A DNA stretch of 63,906 nt, filler included, from Acidimicrobiia bacterium (GTDB lineage Bacteria; Actinomycetota; Acidimicrobiia; Spongiisociales; JAENVV01), in assembly GCA_041577335.1 (NCBI GenBank). It is 3 parts of 3 records of this genome, joined end to end, with 100 filler letters (N's around TTAATTAATTAA, not from the genome) between each part and the next. Parts side by side here need not be neighbours in the genome. Positions count along the whole stretch, not along the records: positions 1 to 30,609 come from JBFGJH010000039.1; positions 30,710 to 60,384 come from JBFGJH010000040.1; 1 more part is not named here. The stretch is one strand, 5' to 3'. A program made the translations under genes and the position numbers. The notes beneath the pieces were generated by a model. That model saw nothing but the letters and a program-made list of their open reading frames with translations. It had not been told where the DNA came from and made no database searches. This document shows, piece after piece, positions 29,373-38,565 of this stretch. How positions within the stretch are numbered: position 1 is the stretch's first letter; the number at the start of each line of letters is the position of its first letter.

Positions 29373-30609
29373 GTGGTTCGATTGCCGGCATTGATGGCTG
29401 TTCTGGCGCTACTGCTCGTCGCGTGCGGCGCCAGTTCGTCCGATACCACCGAAATCACCGTCGCGGACGTGGCGAATACCGCCGCCGATCCCACCATCGA
29501 CACCCAAGCGCCCGCGTTGGTCGAGGCGAGCGGAGGCGAGTGTGACTCTCCGTCTGGAACGGCGTGGGAGCGAGGTCCGACCTCTGAGATGGTCACGCTG
29601 ATCGACGACGGTGGGCTGGTGGTGCGCGGAGCCATATACCCGCGCCCTGACTATGCCGGCAAGCCGTGGTCTCAGTGGGGGCAAGGGGTCGTGCTCGACG
29701 ACGGCCGATATCTTTCGGCGATCGGCGACCACCTCGGAGTCGACGGCAATTCGTTCGTCTACGAGTACGACCCAGAAACCGGCTTGCTCACGCAGATCAT
29801 CGATGTGCTGAGTCTCGTGGACCACGTGCCCGGCGACTGGGGATACGGCAAGGTTCACGGGCAGATGGTCGCCGGCCCATGCAACGACGTGCTCTTCGGA
29901 ACCTATTGGGGCACCCGCAAGGACCTCACCTACAACGACTCGTATGCAGGCGATCGTCTCTTTCGGATCGATCCGGCAACTGAAACCGTCGACGATCTCG
30001 GGGTGCTGGCGCAGGGAAGAGGTTTGCCATCGATGGCGTCATGGCCTGGCGGCGCTCTCGTTTATGCGGAAGCGGTCGATCCGACTTCGTCGCCCAACGA
30101 CGGTGAATTCGTGGCAGTGGACGCCGAGTCGGGTGATGTGGTCTTCAGCGACGGGGAGACCAGCCACGTCGGATTTCGTGCCATGGCGGTCGATGCGGAA
30201 GGACGCGCCTACTTCTCGGCGGGCGAGAGCCGGCTGGCAGTCTTTGATCCGTCGACGTTGAGCATTACAGAGTATCCCGGCGTGCTGCCAGGAGGATGGC
30301 TTCGCGCTGCGACCGCGCCCGCCCCGGATGGCACGATCTTTGCGGTGACACGTGAGCCCGACGTGCTCTTCTCGATGACGCCGGATGGGGACGTGAACGA
30401 ACTCGGCCCCGCCCGAGGATACGTTGCATCCATGGTCGCCGATCCTGAAGGGGAGACCATCTACTACGTGCCCGATGCCCATGGCCGCAGTTTCATGCAG
30501 GGAACGCCGCTGATCGCCGTAGACACCGAAACAGGAGAAGATCGAGTCGTTGTCGAGATGAACGACGCGGCCGAGGAGATGCTGGGAGTGCGGCTGGGTG
30601 GCTCCTACA
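29373..30609 (+). CDS. Lipoprotein with predicted beta-propeller; 3' truncated at the linker
   Basis: Lipobox LLVAC; repeated YDPETG, IDPAT, VDAESG, FDPST and VDTETG blade-like motifs. Confidence 0.7.
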
Positions 30610-30709
30610 NNNNNNNNNNNNNNNNNNNNNNNNNNNNNNNNNNNNNNNNNNNNTTAATTAATTAANNNNNNNNNNNNNNNNNNNNNNNNNNNNNNNNNNN
30701 NNNNNNNNN
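30610..30709. other. Artificial contig linker
   Basis: N-run, TTAATTAATTAA (stops in all frames), N-run; 100 nt. Confidence 0.98.
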
Positions 30710-30721
30710 CCCCCCCCACGT

Positions 30722-31963
30722 CTACACGAAGAAGATTGCCGCGACCGACAGCACGGCAGCTGGGATGAGCGTCAGCAGGACAATCCGGGCCAGCTCCTTC
30801 GAGCCCAGCGCCGCGGCGATGCTGGCCTTGACGATTGTGTTCACCGCAACCGCCAGCAACACCGCCTGAGCGCCGACCGAGGCGGAGACACCGCCGTCGG
30901 CCACGAGGTTGGCCGTCGACAGAGTGATGGCGTCGACATCGTTGATGCCACTCAAACCCGCCACCAGCAGTAGAGAGCCTTCCGAGAAGGTGTTCAACAC
31001 CGCCTCCGACACGAACACGATCGCGGCGTAGAGCAACCCGAACTGAAGCGCAGTGGCCAGGTTCAATGGGTTCTTGACCTCGAGCCGGTCTTCTTCGGTG
31101 GGCCTGCCCTGTTCGCGCCGGATCCACATGACGGCTACCCCGATCACCAGAAGGCCGACAACGAGCAAAGGAGCGGCGAGCACCGATCCGAGCTCCCTGG
31201 TGATGACCCAGGCCTCGACCAGCACACGCGGATACATGAGACCCGACGCTCCGATGACTCCGGCGACCAGGGCCGTGTGCAACCCCTTGTTGGTCTTCGA
31301 CATGCGCGAAAAGCCCAATGTGACCGCCGTCGACGACACGAGGCCCCCAACCAGACCCGACAGGCCGAGGCCCCGATGGCCCAATAGGCGCAACGAGATG
31401 TAGCCGAGCAGGCCGATGCCGGATACGAACACCACCATGAGCCACACCTGGCGGGGATTGAACGCATCGTAGGGACCGAACGTTTCGTCAGGTGCCAGCG
31501 GCAGCACCACAGCTGTGATCACCGCGAACTGGAGAAAGGCGACGACATCCTCGTCGGAGAATCGGTCGACCAGGCCGTGCAACCAGTCTTTCGACCGCAG
31601 GAGCGCCGCCAATCCGACGGTTAGCGCCGTTGCCAGGACAACATGCTGATCAAAGGCGAGAACACCAATTCCAAAGGTGACGAACGATGCCATTTCGGTC
31701 GTGATGCCGAAGTCTCCTCCAGCCCGAACCTCGGCTACATACCGAGCGACCTCGATTCCGGCCAGAGCCAACAAGCCGGCGAGGAAGGCCAGCGCGCCAA
31801 AGCGGTCGGCCGAGTATGCCGAGGCCGCCCCCCACACCGCATAGAGAGCAAACGTCCTGGCGCCGCTGCCCGCATCAACCGGTCGCACCTGCCGTTCGAG
31901 CCCAACGATTGAGCCGAGGCCGGCCGCAACCAGAAACGAGACAATGAGCCCGGTATCCTCCAT
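30722..31963 (-). CDS. MgtC/SapB-family membrane protein with DUF4010
   Basis: GLERQ, GARTFAL, GITTE, GGLVSSTAVT, SGINDVDAI. Confidence 0.85.
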   Translation of the reverse strand: MEDTGLIVSFLVAAGLGSIVGLERQVRPVDAGSGARTFALYAVWGAASAYSADRFGALAFLAGLLALAGIEVARYVAEVRAGGDFGITTEMASFVTFGIGVLAFDQHVVLATALTVGLAALLRSKDWLHGLVDRFSDEDVVAFLQFAVITAVVLPLAPDETFGPYDAFNPRQVWLMVVFVSGIGLLGYISLRLLGHRGLGLSGLVGGLVSSTAVTLGFSRMSKTNKGLHTALVAGVIGASGLMYPRVLVEAWVITRELGSVLAAPLLVVGLLVIGVAVMWIRREQGRPTEEDRLEVKNPLNLATALQFGLLYAAIVFVSEAVLNTFSEGSLLLVAGLSGINDVDAITLSTANLVADGGVSASVGAQAVLLAVAVNTIVKASIAAALGSKELARIVLLTLIPAAVLSVAAIFFV

Positions 31964-32058
31964 CGAGGCCACGCTACCGCACAGCGACGGCGCCGTCCGT
32001 GAGCTTGGCCTGGTTCGGGTTCGGAGTTGGGACACGAGCCGGTACAATCCCGGCACCC

Positions 32059-32129
32059 GCGGGTGTAGCTCAATGGTAGAGCCCCAGCCTTCCAAGCTGG
32101 TTATGAGGGTTCGATTCCCTTCACCCGCT
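32059..32129 (+). tRNA. tRNA-Gly (anticodon TCC)
   Basis: GCGGGTG/CACCCGC acceptor stem, anticodon loop CT-TCC-AA, GTTCGA T-loop; CCA not encoded. Confidence 0.95.
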
Positions 32130-32172
32130 CTGGCAGGCGCGATCCCCGCCGAAGGGCGGCCGCCGTCGGCCT

Positions 32173-32245
32173 GCCCCCGTAGCTCAGAGGACAGAGCAGG
32201 AGCCTTCTAAGCTCTTGGTCGGGGGTTCGAATCCCTCCGGGGGCG
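32173..32245 (+). tRNA. tRNA-Arg (anticodon TCT)
   Basis: GCCCCCG/CGGGGGC acceptor stem, GAGC-CT-TCT-AA-GCTC, GTTCGAATCC. Confidence 0.95.
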
Positions 32246-32454
32246 CTTGATCTTGGCCGACCGACATTTGGTCCGGCCCTCGTCGCACCACATCGGATCC
32301 AACGTTTCGCCGGGTTGGGTACGAGGAAGAAACAGGGAGAACGCACAAGGTTCTCCACCGGGATTACGAAGCAACCACACGTCCGCGCCGTAAGAGACTC
32401 TCGGCCCTAGATCACAACATCGGGGCGAGATAGGGTCACCGATGAGGGGTGATC

Positions 32455-32655
32455 ATGGCGAAGTTCCTGCTGTGGCTGATCTTGCTGGTGGTGGCCTGGC
32501 CGCTGGCCTTGCTGGCGCTCATCCTGTACCCATTCGTATGGCTGGCGAGTCTGCCATTTCGCCTCATCGGCGTATCGGTGCGGGGTGTCTTCGATCTGAT
32601 CGAGGCGATCATCAAGCTTCCGGCGAGGGCACTGCGTGGCCCCAAGGCCACCTGA
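32455..32655 (+). CDS. Small membrane protein
   Basis: 66 aa, very hydrophobic, GAGGGG RBS. Confidence 0.6.
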   Translation: MAKFLLWLILLVVAWPLALLALILYPFVWLASLPFRLIGVSVRGVFDLIEAIIKLPARALRGPKAT

Positions 32656-32715
32656 GCAAACAAGAGACACGTCGACGCGTTTGAGGAGCGTTCGACGAAA
32701 GAAGGGAGTCAACCA

Positions 32716-32976
32716 ATGACGACGACCGAGGATGAGGTCCACACCGAGACCATCGAGGTCAAGGGCGAGGACTTGTTGGGACGGATCAAAGAGTTGGTGC
32801 ACGAGGGAAACGTTCGCCGCATCATCATCAAGAATGAGGATGGCGACCGGCTCTTGGAGATCCCGCTGACGCTGGGCGTCGTAGGCGTGATGTTGCTGCC
32901 CCAGTTCGTCGCTATCGGGGCACTGGCGGCGGTTGTGGCGAAGTGCACGATCGAAGTGGAGCGCACCGAGGACTGA
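32716..32976 (+). CDS. DUF4342 domain protein
   Basis: IKELVHEGNVRRIIIK...LLEIPLT. Confidence 0.85.
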   Translation: MTTTEDEVHTETIEVKGEDLLGRIKELVHEGNVRRIIIKNEDGDRLLEIPLTLGVVGVMLLPQFVAIGALAAVVAKCTIEVERTED

Positions 32977-33038
32977 AACTCCCGACGCGGCGAGCGCCAA
33001 TCGCAGTCCGAAGCGGGTACGCAGCTACCGCACACCGA

Positions 33039-33623
33039 CTAGCGGAGCTGCTCCAGCAGCGCGTGGAGCGCCCGAGCACGATGGCTGATTCGGTTCTTCT
33101 CGGTCGCCGGTATCTCCGCGAGGGTACGCTCACCTACCTCGAAGATCGGGTCGTAACCAAAGCCCCCTGACCCGCGGGGTTTGGTGGCGATTGAGCCGAG
33201 CAACACGCCTTCAGCCGTTCTTTCCAGCCCGGTTGGAGTCACGAGCGCAACGGCCGTCACGAACCGTGCGGCACGATTCTCGACGCCGTACAGATCCTGG
33301 AGCAGCTTGTTCACATTCTCTCCGTAGGTTGCATCGGGCCCGGCGTACCGGGCCGTGTACAGGCCGGGTACGCCACCGAGGGCGTCAACCTCGAGTCCGG
33401 TGTCGTCGGCGATCGTCGCCAGGCCGGTCGCCGCCGTGACAGCTCGCGCCTTGAGCAGAGCGTTTTCCACGAGGGTGTCGCCATCCTCGACGATGTCGGG
33501 CCACGAAAGCCCACGCACGATCTCCCCTACGACTCCCGCCCCGACCAACACAGCCTCGACTTCAACGATCTTGTCGGGGTTCTTCGAGGCGACAACCACG
33601 CGCTCGATGACGAGGTTTGTCAC
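33039..33623 (-). CDS. rdgB: Non-canonical purine NTP pyrophosphatase (RdgB/HAM1)
   Basis: [27 protein letters not shown]. Confidence 0.93.
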   Translation of the reverse strand: MTNLVIERVVVASKNPDKIVEVEAVLVGAGVVGEIVRGLSWPDIVEDGDTLVENALLKARAVTAATGLATIADDTGLEVDALGGVPGLYTARYAGPDATYGENVNKLLQDLYGVENRAARFVTAVALVTPTGLERTAEGVLLGSIATKPRGSGGFGYDPIFEVGERTLAEIPATEKNRISHRARALHALLEQLR

Positions 33624-34327
33624 GCCCCTACGAGCTCGGCTTGGGCAGCGGTGAGCTCGCCGATTCCCCGGGTGGCGAGATCGAGCAGATGATCGAGTTC
33701 TTCCCTCGAGAACGGCACTCCTTCGGCCGTTCCTTGCACCTCGACAAGGAGACCGCGGCCCGTCATGACGACGTTCATGTCTACGTCGGCGGCAACATCA
33801 TCGACATAGTCGAGGTCAAGGAGTGGTTCGCCACGAACCAGGCCAACCGAGATCGCCGCCATCTGATCCAGAATGGGAATGGACTCGATCCGTCCATCCT
33901 CGACCGCGACCGCCAAGGCGTCCCACAACGCCACCCACGCGCCAGTGATGGCCGCGGTGCGCGTCCCCCCATCGGCCTGCAACACGTCACAATCGACACG
34001 CACCATGGCTTCGCCGAGTGCCTTCACGTCGACCACCGAACGAAGCGCCCGCCCGATGAGGCGGGAGATCTCTTTCGATCGTCCGCCCGAGTAGTTGTCG
34101 CGGCGAATGCGTTCGGAGGAAGAACCGGGCAGCATGCCGTATTCCGCCGTGACCCAACCTTCGCCTTTGTCGCGCATCCAACGGGGCACTTCCGTCTCGA
34201 CGACCGCGGTGCACAGCACCCTGGTCTCGCCCATCTCGATGAGCACCGACCCGGGCGTCATCGACGTGTAACCCCGGGTGATGCGGACTGGACGAAGCTC
34301 GTTCGCGGGCCGGGTTCGTTGAGACAA
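33620..34327 (-). CDS. rph: Ribonuclease PH
   Basis: [43 protein letters not shown]. Confidence 0.96.
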   Translation of the reverse strand: MSQRTRPANELRPVRITRGYTSMTPGSVLIEMGETRVLCTAVVETEVPRWMRDKGEGWVTAEYGMLPGSSSERIRRDNYSGGRSKEISRLIGRALRSVVDVKALGEAMVRVDCDVLQADGGTRTAAITGAWVALWDALAVAVEDGRIESIPILDQMAAISVGLVRGEPLLDLDYVDDVAADVDMNVVMTGRGLLVEVQGTAEGVPFSREELDHLLDLATRGIGELTAAQAELVGA

Positions 34328-34345
34328 GGTTGCTCCTTATATGTC

Positions 34346-35092
34346 TTATATGTCGAACGTGGCGTCAGGAACTGCCAACGCCACGTCACCGCCGAATTCC
34401 TCCCCAGCTTCCCAGAGCGAACGGTCAGGGTCGAATTCCGGCCAGATATGCGTGAGAACGAGCTTGCCGACACCTGCCTCCCGTGCCAGCTGGCCGGCTT
34501 CCCGGGCCGTCAAATGGTGCGGCCACGGCTTCTCGGCGCTCTCGCCCTGGTAGGTCGCTTCGGCGAGCAGCACATCTGCCCCCGCCGCGAATTCCACCAC
34601 GCGGTCGGATGGCCCGGTATCGGCCGTGTACACAAACGAGGTGCCATTGTTCTCGGCCCGCAACCCCAGGGTGGGGACCGGATGATTCATCTCCATGAAG
34701 GTGAGCCGCAGCGCGCCGAGGGTGACGTCACCGAGCCCGGTCGGATCGCAAAAGGTGGCCACATCCGCGAACGCTCCATCTTGGACATCGACGAAACGGG
34801 CCAAGGTATCTGTGACGGCGTCAGGGCAATAAACGGCGATGGGTGCGCGGCTCACACGTCCGTGACGAAGAGCATAGAAGAGCCCAATCGCATCGAGGCA
34901 GTGGTCGGAATGCTGGTGCGAGAGGAAGAGAGCCGTCAGAGATTGGAGCGAGACGTGCCGTTGCAGTGCTGCGAACGTTCCGGAACCGGCGTCGACCCAC
35001 AGCGACGTTTCTCCATGGCGCAGCAGGTAGCCCGACGCCGGGGACACCGGCGAAGGGTACGTGGCACTGACCCCCAAAACCGTCACGCGCAT
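34346..35092 (-). CDS. MBL-fold metallo-hydrolase (RNase Z/cyclic-nucleotide PDE-like)
   Basis: SHQHSDH, HPVPT, YTADTG, LTHIWP; typical position upstream of rph. Confidence 0.85.
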   Translation of the reverse strand: MRVTVLGVSATYPSPVSPASGYLLRHGETSLWVDAGSGTFAALQRHVSLQSLTALFLSHQHSDHCLDAIGLFYALRHGRVSRAPIAVYCPDAVTDTLARFVDVQDGAFADVATFCDPTGLGDVTLGALRLTFMEMNHPVPTLGLRAENNGTSFVYTADTGPSDRVVEFAAGADVLLAEATYQGESAEKPWPHHLTAREAGQLAREAGVGKLVLTHIWPEFDPDRSLWEAGEEFGGDVALAVPDATFDI

Positions 35093-35128
35093 GGGGCGTG
35101 AGTGTACGACGTCTGCTTGAACCAAGAC

Positions 35129-35506
35129 TTAATGACTGAGGGCTACCTCTTCGAACGTACCGGCGGCAATCCGAAATGCTCGAACCCCAGTGTCGGAACC
35201 AATCGCATAGATCCAACCAGGGTCGAGTGCCGCTGCGACGTCCGCAGAAGACGGAAAGAGAGCACCGTTTGGGTGGCTGTGAAACGAGCCACCTATTCGC
35301 CAGCCGTTCGACTCAGCGTGTTGCATCGCCCGGAAGTGCTCGGTCGGATCCACCGTGAATGTCACAGACGAACGATCCTCGTTCGTGCAGGCGTAGAAGA
35401 AGACGATCGCATCGGAGGAGACCGCCAGAAGACCGCACGCCTCCTCGGGTTTCGCCCATCTGGCGTGCGCACGCATATGCTCGGCGATCTCGCCGGGAAG
35501 TCTCAC
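35129..35506 (-). CDS. JAB/MPN+ (M67) metallopeptidase, Mec-like
   Basis: EEACGLL and HSHP-x6-SSAD JAMM motif; GTG start overlaps the pdxH stop. Confidence 0.85.
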   Translation of the reverse strand: MRLPGEIAEHMRAHARWAKPEEACGLLAVSSDAIVFFYACTNEDRSSVTFTVDPTEHFRAMQHAESNGWRIGGSFHSHPNGALFPSSADVAAALDPGWIYAIGSDTGVRAFRIAAGTFEEVALSH

Positions 35507-36135
35507 GGGGCGAGGCGGCGAACGGCCCAGCTGACGTCGGACAGCTCGTACACGAAACGATCGTGGAGCCGATTCCGCTGGCCCTGCCAGAATTCGAATC
35601 GGTCGGGAACGAGGCGAAAGCCACCCCACCAGGCCGGCCTGACGACCGGGCCTGATCCCACCGACTCGGCGAGGTCCTCGAATAGCTGCTGGAGTTCTGC
35701 CCGGTCGGCGAGCTGACGCGACTGCGGGGATGCTGCCGAGGCGATCTGAGCGCCCCGTGGCCGGGAAGCGAAATATGCGTCCGACTCCTCGCCGCTGATG
35801 CGCTCGATGGTTCCTTCGATGCGGACCTGCCGATGGATCGGCAGCCAGGCGAAGCACATCGCTGCCAGAGGGTTTTCGGCTATCTGCTGACCCTTATCCG
35901 AGCGGTAGTTCGTGAAGAATACGAAGCCGTGATCCACCCTCTTCAACAAGATGGCGCGTGCCGTGGGGCGATCGGAGACGCTCGTGGCGAGGACGAATGC
36001 GTTTGGCTCGGGGACTTCTCGCTCGGCTGCGTCCTCTATCCAGGCCCGAAACTGCACGAATGGATTCGAGCTGATATCCGACCGCTCGAGGCTTGAGACG
36101 TCGTATTCGGTGCGCAGCGCGTCGAAATCGGTCAC
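35503..36135 (-). CDS. pdxH: Pyridoxamine 5'-phosphate oxidase
   Basis: FFTNYRSDK, RQVRIEG, YFASRPRG, EFWQGQRNRLHDR. Confidence 0.95.
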   Translation of the reverse strand: MTDFDALRTEYDVSSLERSDISSNPFVQFRAWIEDAAEREVPEPNAFVLATSVSDRPTARAILLKRVDHGFVFFTNYRSDKGQQIAENPLAAMCFAWLPIHRQVRIEGTIERISGEESDAYFASRPRGAQIASAASPQSRQLADRAELQQLFEDLAESVGSGPVVRPAWWGGFRLVPDRFEFWQGQRNRLHDRFVYELSDVSWAVRRLAP

Positions 36136-36794
36136 GCGCCTAGCGGAACAACGTATTGCATGATCATCGCAAAATGGGCGATGCTCCCTGCAACGACGAG
36201 CACATGAAACACTTCGTGGTACGAAAACACACGGGGAAACAGCCTCGGCCGTTTTGTTGCGAATGCGATCATGCCAACCGTGTAGCAAAGACCCCCGATG
36301 AAGAGCAGCAGAATGGCCCCCAGCGACAACCGCCGAGCTATCTGCGGCAGCGTCACCACGACGAACCAGCCCATCGAGGCGGCCAGCGCAATCGTGAACC
36401 ACACGCGCACCTTGGGCCAGGCGAACTTCTGCACTACCCCAACTGCGGCCGCTCCCCACACCACGGTCAACGTCACCGTGCGCAACGTTCCGGTGAGCGC
36501 CAGGACGGCCACCGGGGTCCACGACCCCGCAACGAGAACGAGAATCATGGCGTGGTCGAGGCGTTGGAAACGGGCTTTCCACCGTTGGGTCCACGGGACC
36601 GAGTGATACAGCGAGCTGGTGGTGTAGAGAGCGATGAGGCTCATTCCAAACACGATTACCGACCAAAGCGCAGTCCGATTCGGAGCCGCCCTCACAATCA
36701 GCGTGACGAGGCCGGCGACCGACGCCAGAGCTGCTGCACCATGCAGAAACCCGCGCACAGGATTCTGCATCTTGCCCAGTGTCATTCGCTCCAC
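36132..36794 (-). CDS. Hemolysin-III/PAQR family membrane protein (TrhA-like)
   Basis: SSLYH, RLDHAMI, GSWTP, YHEVFHVLV; 7 TM. Confidence 0.88.
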   Translation of the reverse strand: MERMTLGKMQNPVRGFLHGAAALASVAGLVTLIVRAAPNRTALWSVIVFGMSLIALYTTSSLYHSVPWTQRWKARFQRLDHAMILVLVAGSWTPVAVLALTGTLRTVTLTVVWGAAAVGVVQKFAWPKVRVWFTIALAASMGWFVVVTLPQIARRLSLGAILLLFIGGLCYTVGMIAFATKRPRLFPRVFSYHEVFHVLVVAGSIAHFAMIMQYVVPLGA

Positions 36795-36860
36795 ACCGCC
36801 AGGTTAGTGCCGATTCGATAGTTCGATCGCCTCATTCTCGAGCGGACTTAGCATGGAACG

Positions 36861-37268
36861 ATGAGCCGGCTCGGAATGCTCGAGAGATCACTACGGAGGC
36901 GATGCCCACGCTGCGCGGGAAATGGCATTTTCGAAGGGTATTGGACACTGGCCAGGAGCTGTCCAAGCTGCGGAATCTGGTACGAACGCGAGCCTGGCTA
37001 CTGGATCGGAGCGATGATCATCAACACCGCCGTGACCATCGGGCTGTTTCTCGTAATCTTCGTTGGAGCCGCCTACGCCCTCTGGCCGGACGTACCGTGG
37101 AACGTTCTCCTGTTCGGGACGATGGCACTCAACATGGTCGTGCCGCTCATCTTCTACCCATTCTCCAAGACGATTTTCGTGGCCCTCGACTTGAGTATCC
37201 GTCCATTGTCGGATGACGAGATCGACAATGCCGCCGCCAGGGTCGATCTGTCTGGAGACGCTGCGTAG
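36861..37268 (+). CDS. DUF983 family protein
   Basis: CPRC...CPSCG zinc ribbon followed by two TMs. Confidence 0.8.
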   Translation: MSRLGMLERSLRRRCPRCAGNGIFEGYWTLARSCPSCGIWYEREPGYWIGAMIINTAVTIGLFLVIFVGAAYALWPDVPWNVLLFGTMALNMVVPLIFYPFSKTIFVALDLSIRPLSDDEIDNAAARVDLSGDAA

Positions 37269-37280
37269 CGGGGCGCCGGG

Positions 37281-38504
37281 CTACAGGCGCCGCCGACGGC
37301 GACTCCGTTTGGGAGGCTCTGGCTCGGGCGGTGGCGTCCACGCCGCCAGGTCGAGGAGGCGCGGGTCATTGGAGAGCATCTCTTCGATTGGTTGGCGCAC
37401 TCCGGCCTCTTTCTGCAAGGTGCGTACTTCGGTCACCTGGTTGAACTCGACGAGGGTGACCACCAGACCAGCCTCCCCGGCGCGAGCTGTCCGGCCCGAT
37501 CGGTGCAGGTACGTTTTGTGATCCTCGGGAGGGTCATAGTGAATGACGACATCCACTCCCTCGACATGCAGGCCCCGAGCTGCCACGTTGGTGGCAACCA
37601 GGATTTTGATCTTGCCCTCGGTGAAATCGGCGAGCACCTGTTCTCGCTTGCTCTGATGGAGGTCTCCGTGGATGGCGCGTGCCGACAGCCCTTCCTTGCG
37701 AAGATCGGACGCGACCCGATCGCATCCGCGCTTGGTGCGAACAAAGACCAGGACTCGCTGGGAGTTGCCAGAGATCGCTGCGACCACCTTGGGCTTGTCC
37801 AGCCGGTGAACCTCCACGAAACGATGGTCCATCTCTTCGACCGTCACGGTGTCGGACTCGACTTCATGAAAGACGGGATCATGGAGGTGGCGGCGGACGA
37901 TGCCCTCGATGACCCCGTCGAGGGTCGCTGAGAACAGCAGTGACTGGTGCCGCCCCTCCACCCCTCGCAAAACGTGCTCCACTTGGGGAAGGAAACCCAT
38001 GTCGGCCATCTGATCTGCTTCATCGAGGACCACCATGTCGACGTCGGCGAGAGACACCTCGCGGCGCTCCATCAAGTCGATGAGGCGGCCCGGGGTGGCT
38101 ACCACGATGTCGGCTGCGTCGCGAAGCCTTCGGATCTGGGCCGGCATCGACACCCCGCCGTATATCTCGACGATGGACCGATCCCATGACTCGGCCAGCG
38201 GGCTGAGCTCGGCGGCGACCTGGTTGCACAGCTCACGGGTGGGAACCAATACGAGTGACGTCGGCCGGTGTGGCGTCGCCTGCTTCGTGCGCATGATCAT
38301 GGGCAACCCAAATGCCAGCGTCTTCCCTGAACCCGTCTTGGCTTTGCCGCACACGTCTCGGCCGGCAAGTGCATCGGGGATCGTCAGCGATTGGACGGGG
38401 AACGGATCGGTGATTCCGCGGTCGGCGAGGATATCGACGAGTGCCTGATCAACGCCCAAATCCTCGAATGTGGCGTTGGTTTTGGCAGTGGAAGGTGAAT
38501 TCAC
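37281..38504 (-). CDS. DEAD-box RNA helicase
   Basis: Q-motif, AKTGSGKT, PTREL, DEAD, SAT, HRSGRTAR. Confidence 0.95.
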   Translation of the reverse strand: MNSPSTAKTNATFEDLGVDQALVDILADRGITDPFPVQSLTIPDALAGRDVCGKAKTGSGKTLAFGLPMIMRTKQATPHRPTSLVLVPTRELCNQVAAELSPLAESWDRSIVEIYGGVSMPAQIRRLRDAADIVVATPGRLIDLMERREVSLADVDMVVLDEADQMADMGFLPQVEHVLRGVEGRHQSLLFSATLDGVIEGIVRRHLHDPVFHEVESDTVTVEEMDHRFVEVHRLDKPKVVAAISGNSQRVLVFVRTKRGCDRVASDLRKEGLSARAIHGDLHQSKREQVLADFTEGKIKILVATNVAARGLHVEGVDVVIHYDPPEDHKTYLHRSGRTARAGEAGLVVTLVEFNQVTEVRTLQKEAGVRQPIEEMLSNDPRLLDLAAWTPPPEPEPPKRSRRRRRL

Positions 38505-38565
38505 GTCCCAACACTAGTGGTCGCAGCGAGGTGCCCGAGCATTGGCGGGGCGCGTGCGGCAGATG

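Noticed and set aside
30610..30709. TTAATTAATTAA palindrome and ORFs ending in ...LIN
   Set aside because: Artificial linker, repeated at 60385-60484; adjacency across the linkers has no biological meaning
32059..32454. Integrative element at the tRNA pair or at ssrA
   Set aside because: No integrase and no duplicated tRNA/tmRNA 3' end seen in the window
33617..35101. Long antisense ORFs (for example 33617..35101, 25738..27648, 21012..22859, 43210..44601)
   Set aside because: Shadows of well-supported genes in high-GC DNA, with no recognisable motifs
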